From NCBI GenBank assembly GCA_904063045.1, contig CAJFCJ010000005.1:635988-699987 (forward strand): 64,000 nucleotides of DNA, written 5' to 3'. The notes below the pieces were generated by a model, which saw only the letters and a list, made by a program, of their open reading frames with translations, ran no database searches and was not told where the DNA came from. Both the position numbers and the translations under genes were made by a program. This DNA comes from Dimorphilus gyrociliatus. Its lineage: Eukaryota; Animalia; Annelida. Below, in pieces: positions 50,950-64,000 of the stretch. Positions within the stretch are counted from its first letter, which is position 1. Each line of letters begins with the position of its first letter.

Positions 50950-53900
50950 TCAAGCATGAGTACTTCGGCTTGCCTCAGAGGACGAGACCCATCTTCTCTC
51001 GTTAGTTTTCGTATTGTATTCGTACATCTTACCCGTGTCTGTAACGAATTGTTTCAATGAACTCTACTCTATAAGTTCTCTTTGTTCTCTTTCACAAAAA
51101 GAGAAAATAAAACCAATCCAAATGGAAATAATCTATTTACCTGGGTCAAAAGCCGTTCCGTCGAAACCTTTACCGTTGTTGAAAGTGGGCGTAATTTCGG
51201 CCGTCGACGCCATGGATTCAGTAACGTCAGGGGTTCTAGTATTGTTATTTCTAAAGCTAGTCGATTTCGGGGGAATATTTTTCTTTTGCTGAAATTTTAA
51301 TTCAAACGCAAAAGTCAAATATTTAATTTGCCTAAATAAAGACTTTTATTATTAGATTTACCTTATTTGGTTCTCGGATTAGAAGAGTCGGAGCCACATC
51401 GACAGTTGTTAGATTATCTCTGGGTAAAATATTTGCAGGACCCTGAACACTCTTCTTTCTCGGTATAGGTGTAATTACTCTTGGCGGTTTCTTATGATTC
51501 TTATAGAGGCAATAAGATACGATAATTATTATAATAATGAGTATAATAAAGGCGGCGACGGACGAGCAAATAACCACAATTAATCCCGTCTGCGTCTCTA
51601 TCCAAGGTGTCTCTGACGACGATGTCGTTGGGTAAGGTTGAACCTGTTTTATATTGTAATCGGAAAACTCAGATCCAGTTATCGACGAACTAGGATCTCC
51701 AGTGTTCGTGTTTCCCCGCCAGGCAGTTAACAGAACATCTTTATCAATGAAACTCTTGGGATTGTCAACGTTAGATTGCAGATCACTATTAGAATCACTT
51801 AGAGCGTAAACGTATGCAGTTGTTCTGAAGTAAAATCGTTTTTATTAGTATTAATAGACATTATCTTTATTCTGCAATTGAAAAAATTGGGAAACTCACG
51901 AGGAAGATTGTAGTAATCTTCTTCTCGCTGTAACTGAACCGGAAACTGCTTCGCCACACTGATGAATAGAGGCGTTGGGATATTTAGGGGCAAGACTTTT
52001 CTTTAAACTTGCCAGAAACGAGTCAACTTTCTGATTAAACGAATCAGAAGCCATTTGGAGAACGAACGAGACGCAGACGGCAGTCTTGCTATAAGTATCA
52101 ACTCTAACAAGAGCCTTGACAGCTTTCGAAGGGGTTGCCCCATCTGATGCGGTTACCGAAATTAAATATTTTTTACCCACAGCTGCAGTTTTCCCCGATT
52201 GGAAAGTCACAATTCCTTGAGTTGGATCCACCTTAAAAAGGCCTGATTCATCCGTTATTCCGTAAGTGACTTGTCCATTTAGACCATCGTCCGGATCAGT
52301 TGCTTGGAAGGCAAACAGCTTTTTATCGGCCTTCTCGTTATAGGCAGCTTCTACACTAAGGAAGGTTTTCCCGTTGAAGCTGGGAGCGTTATCATTTTCA
52401 TCGGTTATATAAACAGTTACCGGGGTTGCTGTTGTTAGGGCCGGACTTCCTCTGTCCACAGCCAAAATATTAATTGTATACTTGCTCTGCTCTTCACGAT
52501 CCAAAGCAATCTTATTTGTTAGTGATCCAGTTGTGGAGTCTATTGAAAATTTATTAGTTAAGCTACTATCCTGAATGGAGTAGGCTATCTCTCCGTTATT
52601 TCCTGTATCTTTATCGACGGCGCTGACTTGTAAAATCGATTTGGACGTAATTTCATTTTCTTTAATATAGCCAACGTAATTGCTTGTAACGAATGCGGGT
52701 TTATTATCATTTGCGTCGGTTATTGTTATTTGAACATTGGTTTCAGAGTATAATGAACCTTGGTCGGTTGCTCTTACAAGTAGCGTGTACATATCATTTA
52801 TCTCCCTATCTAGTACTGCCTGAGGTGAAGTAGACAGATATCCCGTTACTGAATCCAATGTGAAATGTCCTGCTGGACCTTTAGAAGTTAGCTGAATAGA
52901 ATATTGAACCACTCCATTCGATCCTAAGTCTGCATCTGTTGCCTGAATTCGCCCAATAACAGTACCACCTGCGGAATTTTCCAGAACGCTGAATTGATAG
53001 CCTTGACTGAACGATGGTACAACGTCGTTGTTGTCGGAAACGACAATATTAAGGGTTGTCGTTGCGGATCTTCTTGTTGAGCCAAAATCAGACGCTCGAA
53101 CAACGACAGCGTACGATGCAATCTCCTCTCTATTAAGTACTTTCGCCAGTCTAAAGAGTCCAGTATTTGGATCCAAAGTAAAATCAAAGTTCGTATTACC
53201 ACTAACAATTTCGTATTGTAATTTTCCGTTATTATAGCTATCTTTATCGTTTGCGTCAACGTCGAAAACGGTTGATCCAACAGTTGTGTTTTCGTACAAG
53301 TTTTTCGTATATGGTAAATTAAGGAAATAGGGATCGTTATCATTCACATCACCCACATTTACAGTCACTGTTGCTGTTCCTGTTCTGGGAGTTGTTCCCG
53401 CGTCGACTGCAATTACATTCAGAACATACTGACTTTTCGTTTCTCTGTCCAGAGGATAAAGCGTATCAATGAGTACTTCATTTGTCGCGACTGTTGTCAA
53501 TCTAAAATGATTTTCAACATTTGTCGATGCAACGATAGAAAATGTTAATCTTGCATTATCCGAGGAATCGCTATCGCTGCAACTTAATTTTGTTACAGAA
53601 GTACCAACGTTAAGATTTTCAACTACTTCCACAGAGAAGTCGGTAGGTGAAAATATTGGATCGTTATCATTGACATCGTTAAGAGTTATTCTCACTGAAC
53701 AGTATGAAGATTTTTTCGGGTTTGCTCCATCTTCTGCTCGAATAAGCAAGTTGTGTACAGATTTCGCTTCAAAGTCTAAAGTTGGACTGGCAATTGTGCT
53801 GATATCGCCGTTGTTTGCGTTGATTGTAAATTGGCTTGCGCCATCACCGCCTTGAATTGCGTACGCAACCGTTCCAAAAACACCAGAATCAGCATCATTA

Positions 53901-56900
53901 GCTTGGACTTTAAATACAGAGACGCCTCCATTTAAATTCTCGTTAATTGCAACGGAATATTGATTTTGTGTGAAAACTGGATAGTTGTCGTTAACATCAA
54001 CGAGATTTATAGTAAGAGTCAGAAAATCGTAACGCGTTCCGCTAACTATAATTCCTTGATTATCGTAAACTGAAACATTCAATGTATAAGAATTCGGTGA
54101 TGTATCATAGTCCAAAATTTGGGAGACGCTCAATTTTCCTGTGACGGGATCCATGACAAAAGTTGAGTCGCTAGGATTTCCAGATACAATACCGTAACGC
54201 ATGATACCATAGGCTCCAGTATCTGAATCAGTGGCATTAGTATCATAGATTACAGTACCTACAGGAGTATCCTCTTGTAAGGTTAGAGCGTTTGTCTCTT
54301 CTGATAGAACTGGATAAAATTCGTTAACTGATAGAACATTTACAGTAATCCAGCATTGAGCTTTTAATTCAGGCGTTCCACCATCTGCAACTTCAACTTT
54401 CAATACGTAAACAGACTTCGTTTCGTGGTCGAGTTGTTTCAGTAGTCGTAATTTTTTCGTTGCATGGACAAAATCGAATGTTGAATCGTCATTACCCGAT
54501 AAGAATGTAAAAGTGTGTCCATTATTGGGAGCTAAATCATCATCTGTGGTGGTTACTGTTAGAATTTCGGTATTCAGAGCAGTAGTCTCAACAACTGAGA
54601 CAGTATAAGATGCAGGTGTAAATACAGGGTAATTATCATTATAATCGTCAACAACTATAGAGGCAGTTGTTGTTGCAGTTTTTACGTCTCCAAGAGAATC
54701 TAAGGAATCCTTTACTATTATGATCAGAGCGTAATTAGCTGTGGCTTCTCTATTCAGCGGTTGAGCCAGAAACAATTTACCATTGGTTTCATCTATGCTG
54801 AATTTGTTTTCGCTGTTTCCACCCGTGATAAAATATCTCAGTTGTTTATGAACGCCCTCGTCCGCGTCACTTGCCTGAACTGTTAAAATTTCAGCACCTC
54901 CAACAGCCATATTTTCATTAACATTTTTCACGTCGCTACTAGTTGGTGCAGTTATAAGGGGATCATTTTCATTTACAGGCTCCACTTCGACATAAACAAC
55001 GGCGGTGGCGCTTCGCTTATCAGCTGCGTTTGTTGGATTATCACTTGCGGTTATTGTTAATTGATGAAATTTAGTAGTTTCGTAGTCCAAAGCAACCGAA
55101 GTGGTTGTGATAGCTCCAGTCGACGCATCAATTGTAAATATGGAATTAGCATTTCCATTTGTAATAGCGTAAGTTACCAAATTATTGGGGCTATCCGCAT
55201 CGCTATCGGTACAAGAAACTGTGATGACAGGAGTTAGTGCAGAATTTTCTGGAAGAGATTTTGTATACGGTGCAGATGGACATGATGGAGATTTGTCATT
55301 AAAATCAGTTACGCTGACACTCAGAGTAGCTGTTCCAGTTTTCTGGTCAGCTCCTGTAGCTCCATCTACAGCCTTTATTGTTAAAACGTACTGGGCTGTT
55401 ACTTCTCTATCGAGTGTCCCTGCTAATGAGACTCTACCATTGGTTGGATGAATAGCAAACACATTATTCGTATTTCCCGCGGTTATACTGTATGTAAGTG
55501 ATCCGAATAGATCACTATCATCATCCGTCGCAACCACATCTTTTACAGACGTTCCAGAGGCATCATTCTCTACGACGCTTCCAGAATACGGAGAAGGTAA
55601 AAATGTGGGGGTTTCCTCGTTGATATTACTTATTGCAACATGAACGATAAGAGCCAAAGTTTTAGGTGTTGTTCCTTTGTCAGCCAGGGTTAGTGTAAGA
55701 GTATAGGTGGTCTTTGTTTCATAATCCAATTTAGTTTTATCTGCAATTGTAATTACACCAGCCGTTGTAGCACCAAAAAGACCGTCGGTATTTCCTGAAT
55801 TTACTGTAAATTCTAAATCTTTGTTAATACCGTCATCATTGTCGCTGCACTGCGCTCCAAGATCAATCACTTGATCTCCATTATCGGCATTCTCTGCAAT
55901 TGTTTGATAAAAAACATTTTTAGAACAAACTGGATAATTGTCGTTTTCATCGGTTATATCAATTGTTAGTGTAGCTGAACCAGTTCTCGCATTTGGACTG
56001 GGCGCTTTATCTATTGCGTGCAATGTCAATATATATTGTGCCGTGGTTTCTCTGTCTAGTTCATTTATAACTCTAACTTCGCCTGTCTTTGGGTCAATGT
56101 CAAACTTTCCGTTAGCACCAGAGGCAATTGAGTAAGCAAATTCCCCATCTATACCATCATCAGAATCTGTAGCAGAAATTGCTGCAGGAATAACTTGACC
56201 AATAGCGGTACTTTCTATCACGTTTTGCGAATAAGGTGCTGATGTAAAGGCAGGTGCTGCCTCGTTCACTCCAAGAATGTTAACCGTAACCATAACTACT
56301 GATGATAAAGATGTACCTCCCCCATCTGTTACAGTTATTTCAAAATTGTAAACTTTTTTAGTATCTTCGTAGTCGAACGAATTGCCCGTTTTCACAGTTA
56401 CTTGTCCAGTTGAAGAAACAGAAAATTTTGCTATATCGCCACTCGTTAAAGCATAAGATAATTGATTGTTATTATTAAGACTGGCGTCTGCATCTTGACA
56501 CTGCAAATTTGTTACAGTATCCCCGGGACTTATGCTTTCAGAAATTTCAACAGCAATTACTGCAGGCGTACAAACTGGAGGTTGATCGTTATCATCCGTA
56601 ACTGTTAGGGTAAGAGTGGCAGTTCCAAATTTTGGTCCTGGATTTGTTCCAGAGTCTGTAGCTCGAATTACCACCGAATGAGTCGCTGCGGCTTCCCTAT
56701 CGAGTTCTTTGAGGAGTCTTATTTCACCAGTTAGGGGGTCAATACCCATATACTCCGTATCACCAGACGTAATTGAATAAGACATTCCGTTCATTCCGTC
56801 TGGACCATCGTCCGTGTCTACAGCAGTTATCGTATGTATGACGGTGTTAATTGGTGTAGCTTCAGATTTTTGAATAGATAAAACGTTATTGGCTATGTTT

Positions 56901-59900
56901 GGTGTAATTTCATTGTAGCCTTCGATACCGATAACCACAGCAACCTCACTGGACAGTGGTCCGCCATCCTGCGCTCGAACTGTTAAAGTGAATGATTTCT
57001 CTGATTCGTAATCCAAACTCTGAGCAATTTTAATGCGGCCAAGACCATTTGAAGTATCTTTTATAATTTCCCATTTATTGTTTGTGTTACCACTTACTAT
57101 AGAGTAGGTAATTTCTCCAAATGTCAACAAATCAGTATCTGTTGCAGTAACTGTTAAAACAGTACTACCAACTGCTGTATTTTCCGAGGTTGATGTTACA
57201 TAAGCAGCTGGCGAAAAGACTGGTTTTTCATTTCGATCAAGTATAGTTATTGCTAGACTATGAGATGTTGTCTTTACAGCATCTCTCGTACCGGAATCTG
57301 TAGCAACTATGGTCAAAGTATAAGAGTCTCTCGTCTCCCTGTCGACAACGTCTTTTAGTTTTATAAGGCCAGTTTTCGGATCCATTTCAAAAGTAGTATC
57401 AGCAGGATTTATCGCATAAGTTATTGTATCAGCTGTATCAGCATCTGTAGCAGTAATTGTTAATATATCATTTCCTACAGGTGTATTTTCATAGAGATCG
57501 TGAGTGGTAGGCATTCCACCGAACACCGGAGCCGCTTCGTTAACGTCCAAAACATTAACTACGACAAGAACTGTAGTAGTAAGAGTTGGCGCTGCTCCTT
57601 GATCGGAAACTTTTACAATAATTGAATGTTGTTTTGATGTTTCATAATCGAGTGCTGTAGCAAGGGTAATAGCTCCTGTTCCACCGTTAATGGCAAATTT
57701 TCCAGTGCCTGCCACTCCATCCACAAAAGTTATTGAATATAAAAGTGTAGTTCCACTATCTGCATCACTGCATGCTGGGGTAACTATTTGAGTAGCAGGC
57801 GTGGTAGTAGCATCTTCTCGAATATTAACGGCGTATAAGCGAGGAGTGCAACTAGGCGTGTTGTCATTAACATTTCCTACATTGATTGTAACGGTCGTCG
57901 AAGCTTCTCTTGGAGTTGCGCCCCTATCTATGACTTTTACAGTTAAAGTATATGTTCTTTCACTTGGAGTTTCATAATCAACTGCCGCTTTTAACGATAT
58001 AATGCCACTCTCAGAGTCAAGCGCAAATTTTACATGATTGGCCATGCTAAAATAAAAGCTCCCGTCGGCTCCATGATCATTATCTTGGCCAGTCAGCTGA
58101 AATATACTAGAACCAGCAGCTTGATTCTCTAAGATGTTTTTGGTATATGGAGTTGAAGTAAAACTAGGAGGATTATCATTATCTGCTGTTACTGAAATTA
58201 TTACCGTACAAGATGAAGATTTAGCACCAGCAGCTCCTGCGCTATCTGTAGCAGTTATTTCAAGGGCATAAGATTTAACTGCGCTGTCATAATCCACCCC
58301 AGCATTTGTGACGGTAATCCAACCAGTTGTCGCATCTATGGCAAAGGCAGTTCCGGTATTGCCACTTGAAATGCTAAATCCAACTGTTCCATAATTATTG
58401 GTTCCTGGATCATCAGCGTCAGTTGCTGTTACTCTTACAACTTGTGTCCCTGATGTAGACTCTTCAAGTACTGTCGCTGAATATGAAGATGGATTGAAGA
58501 CCGGTGCATTATCATTTGCATCTGTCAATGTTATAACAACTTGTGCTGTTCCAGATAAAGAACCTCCATCAGTAGCTTTTACCTTGAAAGTGTATGAAGT
58601 TGGGGCTGTATCTCTATCAACAGCCTGTATGAGACTTATATCTCCATTTGAAGAAGATATAGCGAATGGTGCGTAGGAGCCTGAGTGAAAAGCATATTCC
58701 ACTTGACCATGAGAAGTATCTCCACTATCAGCATCATTAGCGGTAACGCTTACTACTACGGTACCAACACCAGTCGATTCCAGTAAATCCATAGGATAAT
58801 TTCCTGAGCTAGTGAAAATTGGAGTTGCTTCATTTACTGGTCCAACAGTTATAATGCCATCAACTGTTCGAGATAATGTTCCATCCGAGATTGTTATTCT
58901 TAAGCTGAAAGACCTATCAGCAACAGGGACTTCGAAATCTAGTTGGGCCACAGTTTGAACCTGTTTGTTTAATAAATATTGTTGAAAAATATACTCTCAG
59001 TATTTGTAAAACACTTACAACTCCTGTTGTGGATACTTTAAATTTTGTAGCATCTCCAATTGTAAGAGTGTATGTTAGGGTCGTACTTGGATCAGCATCA
59101 GAACAAGATAGATCAATAACATCATGAGGGGATGCTGGAGACGCGGTAACAGATTCTAGAACTTGCTCATTGAAAGACACTACTGTACAAGATGGTGTAC
59201 TATCATTAACATCAGTCACGGTAATAGCAATAGTTGTATCTGCTGAGTTTGTTCCAGCTTGTTCAGTAATTCTAATGCCCAAAGAATAAGACGCCACTGT
59301 TTCCCTGTTCAAAGTTGTGGCAACAGAAATTAAACCTGAGTCTGGGTCTATACTAAAAGCTCCTCCCGTATTTCCCGATTGAATAGAATAAACTCTCTTT
59401 CCATGAGGATGAGTATTGCCATCAGGGTCAGAACTGGAAGTTTGATAGACAGCTGATCCTACCACTGCTGATTCGGAAACTGGGCTTGTGTATGGTGCAC
59501 TTGTCCAAACTGGCGGACCTTCGTTAACTGCCGTAACTTGTACTGTTACAGCAATTACAACAGATTTACCAGGAGTGTCAGCAATTTGTATAGACATGGT
59601 ATGGGATGTTGTTGCTTCAAAGTTTAGAGCTGTTGTTAATCTCAATTCACCTCTCCCATGTGTTCCAGGGACGACAGCAAAATTACTATCACCAGTTATT
59701 GTAAATGCTAGCGCGGCATTAGTTCCATCGTCGGCGTCGCTGCATCCCAGGTCGCTTATTACCGTGAAAGGTAGAGATCCTGAAGCTGTCGCTTCAGCTT
59801 GCTGAAGATTATAGGCATAGGAGGTACAAATGGGACTATTATCGTTAGCATCAGTAACAACTACGGTAACAGTACCGATGGCCGGTGACGATCCTCCATC

Positions 59901-62900
59901 AGTTGCCCTTACGGAAATTTCATGCTTTTTATTACCTGTTGGTAAAGTATCATAATCTAATAGACCAGCCAATGTGATTTTTCCCGATGATTGATCAATT
60001 GTAAATTTAGAAATTCCATTATTAGTTACTGAGAGGATTGAATATTCAAGGTCTCCTTGTGGACCATGATCATCATCTGTAGCTATATAAGTAGCTATGA
60101 TTTGTCCTATTGCAATGGACTCGGTGAATGAATAACTAGGATTTGAAGCAAAGGTTGGATTATTGTCATTTTCAGCCGTAAGTGCAATAGAAACCCCAAC
60201 GCTGATTGTATCTCCAGTTGCGGTAACGTCGACTATTAGATTGTAGGTTTTTGTGGCAGAATCGTAATCTAAGCCTGTAGAAGGAGCTGGTACCGTACCC
60301 TTGTTTACCACTGTAATCACACCAGTGTTGCTATCTATTTGAAAAGCTGTTCCAGTGTTTGATGGGGATTGTATTGCATAAGATACAGCAACACCATCTG
60401 GATCAGAGCAGTCTAGATCAGCTACAGTAGTTCCAGCAGCAGTAGTTTCGGATATTTCTTTTGTTATTTGCCACGAATTTGCATTGCAAGTTGGTACATT
60501 GTCGTTAACATTAGTTACAGTTATTGTTACAGTTGCAACTTGACTCTTTACCGGAGAACCTTTATCCTTTGCAGTGATTTGAAGAGAAAATGACCTCTCT
60601 GCAACTGTTTCGTAATCGACCGGTTTAGCCAATTGAAGAGCTCCGGTGGAGGAATCAATTGTAAAGAAATTATTAGGATCTGAAGCAGTAGACTTTTCCC
60701 AAACAATGACGCCAGCATCATCGAAATCGTTGTCAGTCACTGATAAAGTTTTGAATACAACACCTACACCTTGACTTTCGGGAATCTGGTAAAAACAAAT
60801 GAATGCTTTAGTTCATTAAATCTTCTTCATTGAAAAACTATAATTACCGGTAATGATATTGTTGTTCCATCGTTGAACGACGGAGTAAAGTCGTTAACTG
60901 AAGTTATTGCAATGTAGACAGTTGCAGTTCCGGATCTGATAGGTGATGTTCCATCAGTCACTCTAACAACTAATTGATAAGAAGCAGCATCGTTTGTTGT
61001 AAGATCTGGTTCTATTGCAGTTTGAAGGAGTAAGACTTTCGTATCTCCTGTTTTCAGCCCGAATTTTGTAGTGTCCCCACTGACAATTGTATAAGTAAAA
61101 GTTGGAGTAGATTTATCGCCATCAGACGTTCCGGTGAATGTATGTAGGGTGGCGCCAGGGGTTGACGTTTCCGCCACTGGCACATGATAAACAGTACTTG
61201 AAAATTTGGGATCATTATCGTTGTAATCTTGAAGGTTTATTGTAATAGTTTTGTCCGTTGGATTCTTAGGAGTGGCTCCCTGGTCGCTCGCTCTAATTAC
61301 TAAAGTAAATGATGTAATTGGCGTTGCATCATCTGCTTCGAAAATTCCTGTCGTTTCAACATCTCCGGAGACAGGGTCAATTCTGAATAGACTTATTGCC
61401 GAGTTGGAGGAAGAGTCTAAAGCTGACACTAGTGAATAAATTATTTGACCGTCACCGCTAGCCGAGCTATCCTGATCAGTTGCTGTAGCAGTAAAAATTG
61501 AGTGACCAGATCCAACGTTTTCTAGAATAGAATGAGTTGAAGTAAATGATCCCCAAACCGGTGTATGTTCATTTACTGGATTTACAAGTACAATTATTTT
61601 AACGGTAGCCACTTGAACAGGAGCATTTCCGCCATTGTCATTAATTGTTATTGTAAGTTCGTATCTAGATTTTGTTTCATAATCAAGTGCTGTAGCTGAA
61701 GTTTTCAACTAAAACGTGTAAAAAATAAAGAATTAGTTTGAAACGAATGAAAAATAAGCGTCTAAATGGTATTTTACATCAGCTCCAGTAGCTTTTGATA
61801 CTATCTTGAATTTAGCTGTTGGGTCGTCATTGGAAATCGTATATGAATGAATAGTTCCGAAGGCACCTGAATCGGCATCGGAGCACAATATTTCTTGTAC
61901 AGGAGTATCTGTTTCCAATTGAAATATTATATATAGAATACTCTACGTAGACAGTATAAGACAAATCTTACTATCAGGAGAATTTTCATCCACATTTGCA
62001 ACATAAACTGATTGTGTACATGTTGGCTTGTTGTCATTAGAATCGACAACATTAAAGGTAGCAACATAGTCAACCTGGACATTTAAATCGTTTTTATTTT
62101 TTTAAATAAGATTTTAAGCATTAAAAATTATTTTAAGCAAAACTGACTGTTTTCACTGGCGATCCTGCATCTGAGGCGCGTACTGTAACTGCGTATGTTG
62201 TTTGTGTCTCGTAGTCAAGTGATTTGGCAAGAAAAATTTCTCCGGTTGAAGACGAAATTGTAAAGTAATCAGCGCCACTATTTGTAACTGATATGATTTG
62301 ATAGGATAGTGATCCATCTGCTCCATGATCAGCATCTGAGGCCGCATATGTAAGTATAGAATAACCAGCTATACTTGTTTCAGCCACATTCTCAGCTGCT
62401 GGATTTGATGCGGTAGGGGTGTTGTCATTTATTCCAGTTAATAAAATGGTTACTGGTATATCAACGTAATCACTACCCCCAGTCACTCTCACAACTAGGG
62501 AATAGAATTTGGTAGCTGAATCGTAATCCAAAAGTGTGGCTCCAGATCCTTGGTCTTTAACCTTGAGGCTACCTGCAGCGGAGATTTCAAAAGCAGATCC
62601 ACCACCACTTTGAATAGCATACGTCATGCTTTCTCCTTCCGGTTCGGTACAATCAATTAGTACTACCTAAACGAAAAATTGACTTTGAAGATCAGATAAT
62701 GGACACAAAAAAAACAAATTATATATTACTTACTTGAGTATTGGCAGCCGTATTTTCGGCCAATACAAGAGTGTGAGTGTATGATGTACAAGTTGGCGCC
62801 TTATCAGAAACATCAGTAACACTAACCGTTAGTGATACTGTCGCAGACAGAGATCCTGAATCTGTTACTTTATAGTTCAATGAAAAGTACTTGTTGGGCG

Positions 62901-64000
62901 TAAGAGTGTCATAGTCTAACGCTTTTCTCAAATAAATATTTCCATTTGTACTGTCGATATGAAAGTATTCTCCAGTATCCGATCCTGCTACTTTGGTAAA
63001 AGTTAAGACATCGCCATAGTCGGCATCACTGGCGGCAACTGCTCCAATTAGATCGCCTACTGATGTAGTTTCCGGAATCTATAATATGAACGAAAAGAAA
63101 AACAGTTTAAAAAAGCATTAATTATTATTGCATATATTACTAACAGAAATATCGGCTGGACTTGGAGTTGTAAATGATGGGCCAGCATCATTTGTTGGTG
63201 TAATTGTTATATAAGCAACAGACTGAGACGTCTGTACTCCATCACCAACAGTACAAAGTAATGTATATTTAGTTGTTGGAGTTCCACCACCATCTAAATT
63301 GAATGCTGCCAGTGTTTGAATTCTACCCGAACTTGTAATAGAGAATTTTGACAATGCAGCACCACTTGATCCAGTTAAAGAGTATGAATAAATTGCCGTC
63401 GTTGCATCATTGTCCGTGACGACAACATCTAAAACACTTGTTGAAGGTGCGGAATTTTCCGGAATTGCAACATTATAGACATTAGAATCTAAGGATGGTA
63501 CTTCATCGTTAACATCTTGAACGTTTATCCTAATACTGGTAGTTGTTGCAGAAGCGGCTGGTTTAGTTCCCCGATCACTTGCTTTTACAGATAGCGTATA
63601 ATATTCAACCCCTACACCAGTTCCGTCTCGTTGAAGTTGACTGCTAGTCCTAATAATACCAGTTTTGGGATCGCAGCTGAAGTGTGCCAAAGACGATGTT
63701 GATCCGCCAACTGGTTAAAGAGTATAATTAATAATAAATATATGTAATAATGTACATAAAATATGGTAATTCATTTTCTTACCTAAGGTTGCAGTAGTTG
63801 ACTCTATTGTGAATACTATTTCAGAATCTATTTCCCCGCTTCGATCACTATCAGATGCCGCCAGCGTGAGAACCAATTGACCAATATTAGCTGCTTCAGA
63901 AACATCGTACGGGCTACTTAAAGAACCCCAAGTTGGAGAATTATCGTTTACCGGCTGGACATCTACTATAACTTTTATGGATGAGGTCAACCGAGGAGTG
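50950..64000 (-). CDS. Giant cadherin-repeat single-pass membrane protein (5'-incomplete; >=4090 aa in window)
   Basis: Exons >64000-63783, 63710-63145, 63078-62734, 62666-62148, 62074-61972, 61908-61778, 61708-60848, 60785-59019, 58960-51900, 51824-51362, 51288-51141, 51038-50950; GT-AG introns of 58-102 bp with consistent phases. 35 DxND/xxNE linkers counted, with DxD and LDYE/LDRE motifs; TM GLIVVICSSVAAFIILIIIIIVSYCLY; TGA at 50950-50952. Confidence 0.93.

Noticed and set aside
51060-51070. Apparent TAG read-through before the cadherin WW-like segment
   Set aside because: Resolved by the downstream acceptor at 51039-51040, which gives an open frame (FDP|DTGK).
52924-62347. Antisense and alternative-frame ORFs within the cadherin
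   Set aside because: Shadow frames of a long, stop-poor coding region.

Overview
AT-rich eukaryotic (animal) genomic DNA with very short introns (mostly about 58-140 bp), probably a compact-genome protostome/spiralian. This assignment is an inference from the AU-rich 28S hidden-break-type region, the lophotrochozoan-style anion channel and TTAGGG-like repeats; the species is not determined. The left quarter is an rDNA locus on the minus strand. It holds one complete unit (28S 8123-12049, 5.8S, 18S 13044-14875; period 9102 bp), part of a second unit, and an orphan 5.8S-ITS1-18S fragment next to the lone last exon of exportin-7, with a 10-N gap that looks like an assembly join. To the right, spliced gene models were reconstructed by hand: NDFIP (+), Sprouty (-), a secreted/GPI-type Cys-rich EB/EGF-like protein (-), a decayed bacterial-Tmm-like flavin monooxygenase pseudogene (-, absent from the ORF track), a 7-exon Cys-loop anion channel (GluCl/GlyR-like, +), and the 3' ~12.3 kb of CDS of a giant cadherin (-). 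The cadherin has at least ~36 EC repeats, no EGF/LamG, a juxtamembrane RRLL site and a WW-like cytoplasmic tail, and is the most unusual item. Other notable points are the ancient NDFIP-Sprouty tail-to-tail pair, a strongly over-represented AGACGCC motif in the channel introns, structured elements in the rDNA spacer, and a compensatory change in the 18S central pseudoknot. Most ORFs in the supplied track are spurious (antisense to rRNA or real exons, or microsatellite-derived).
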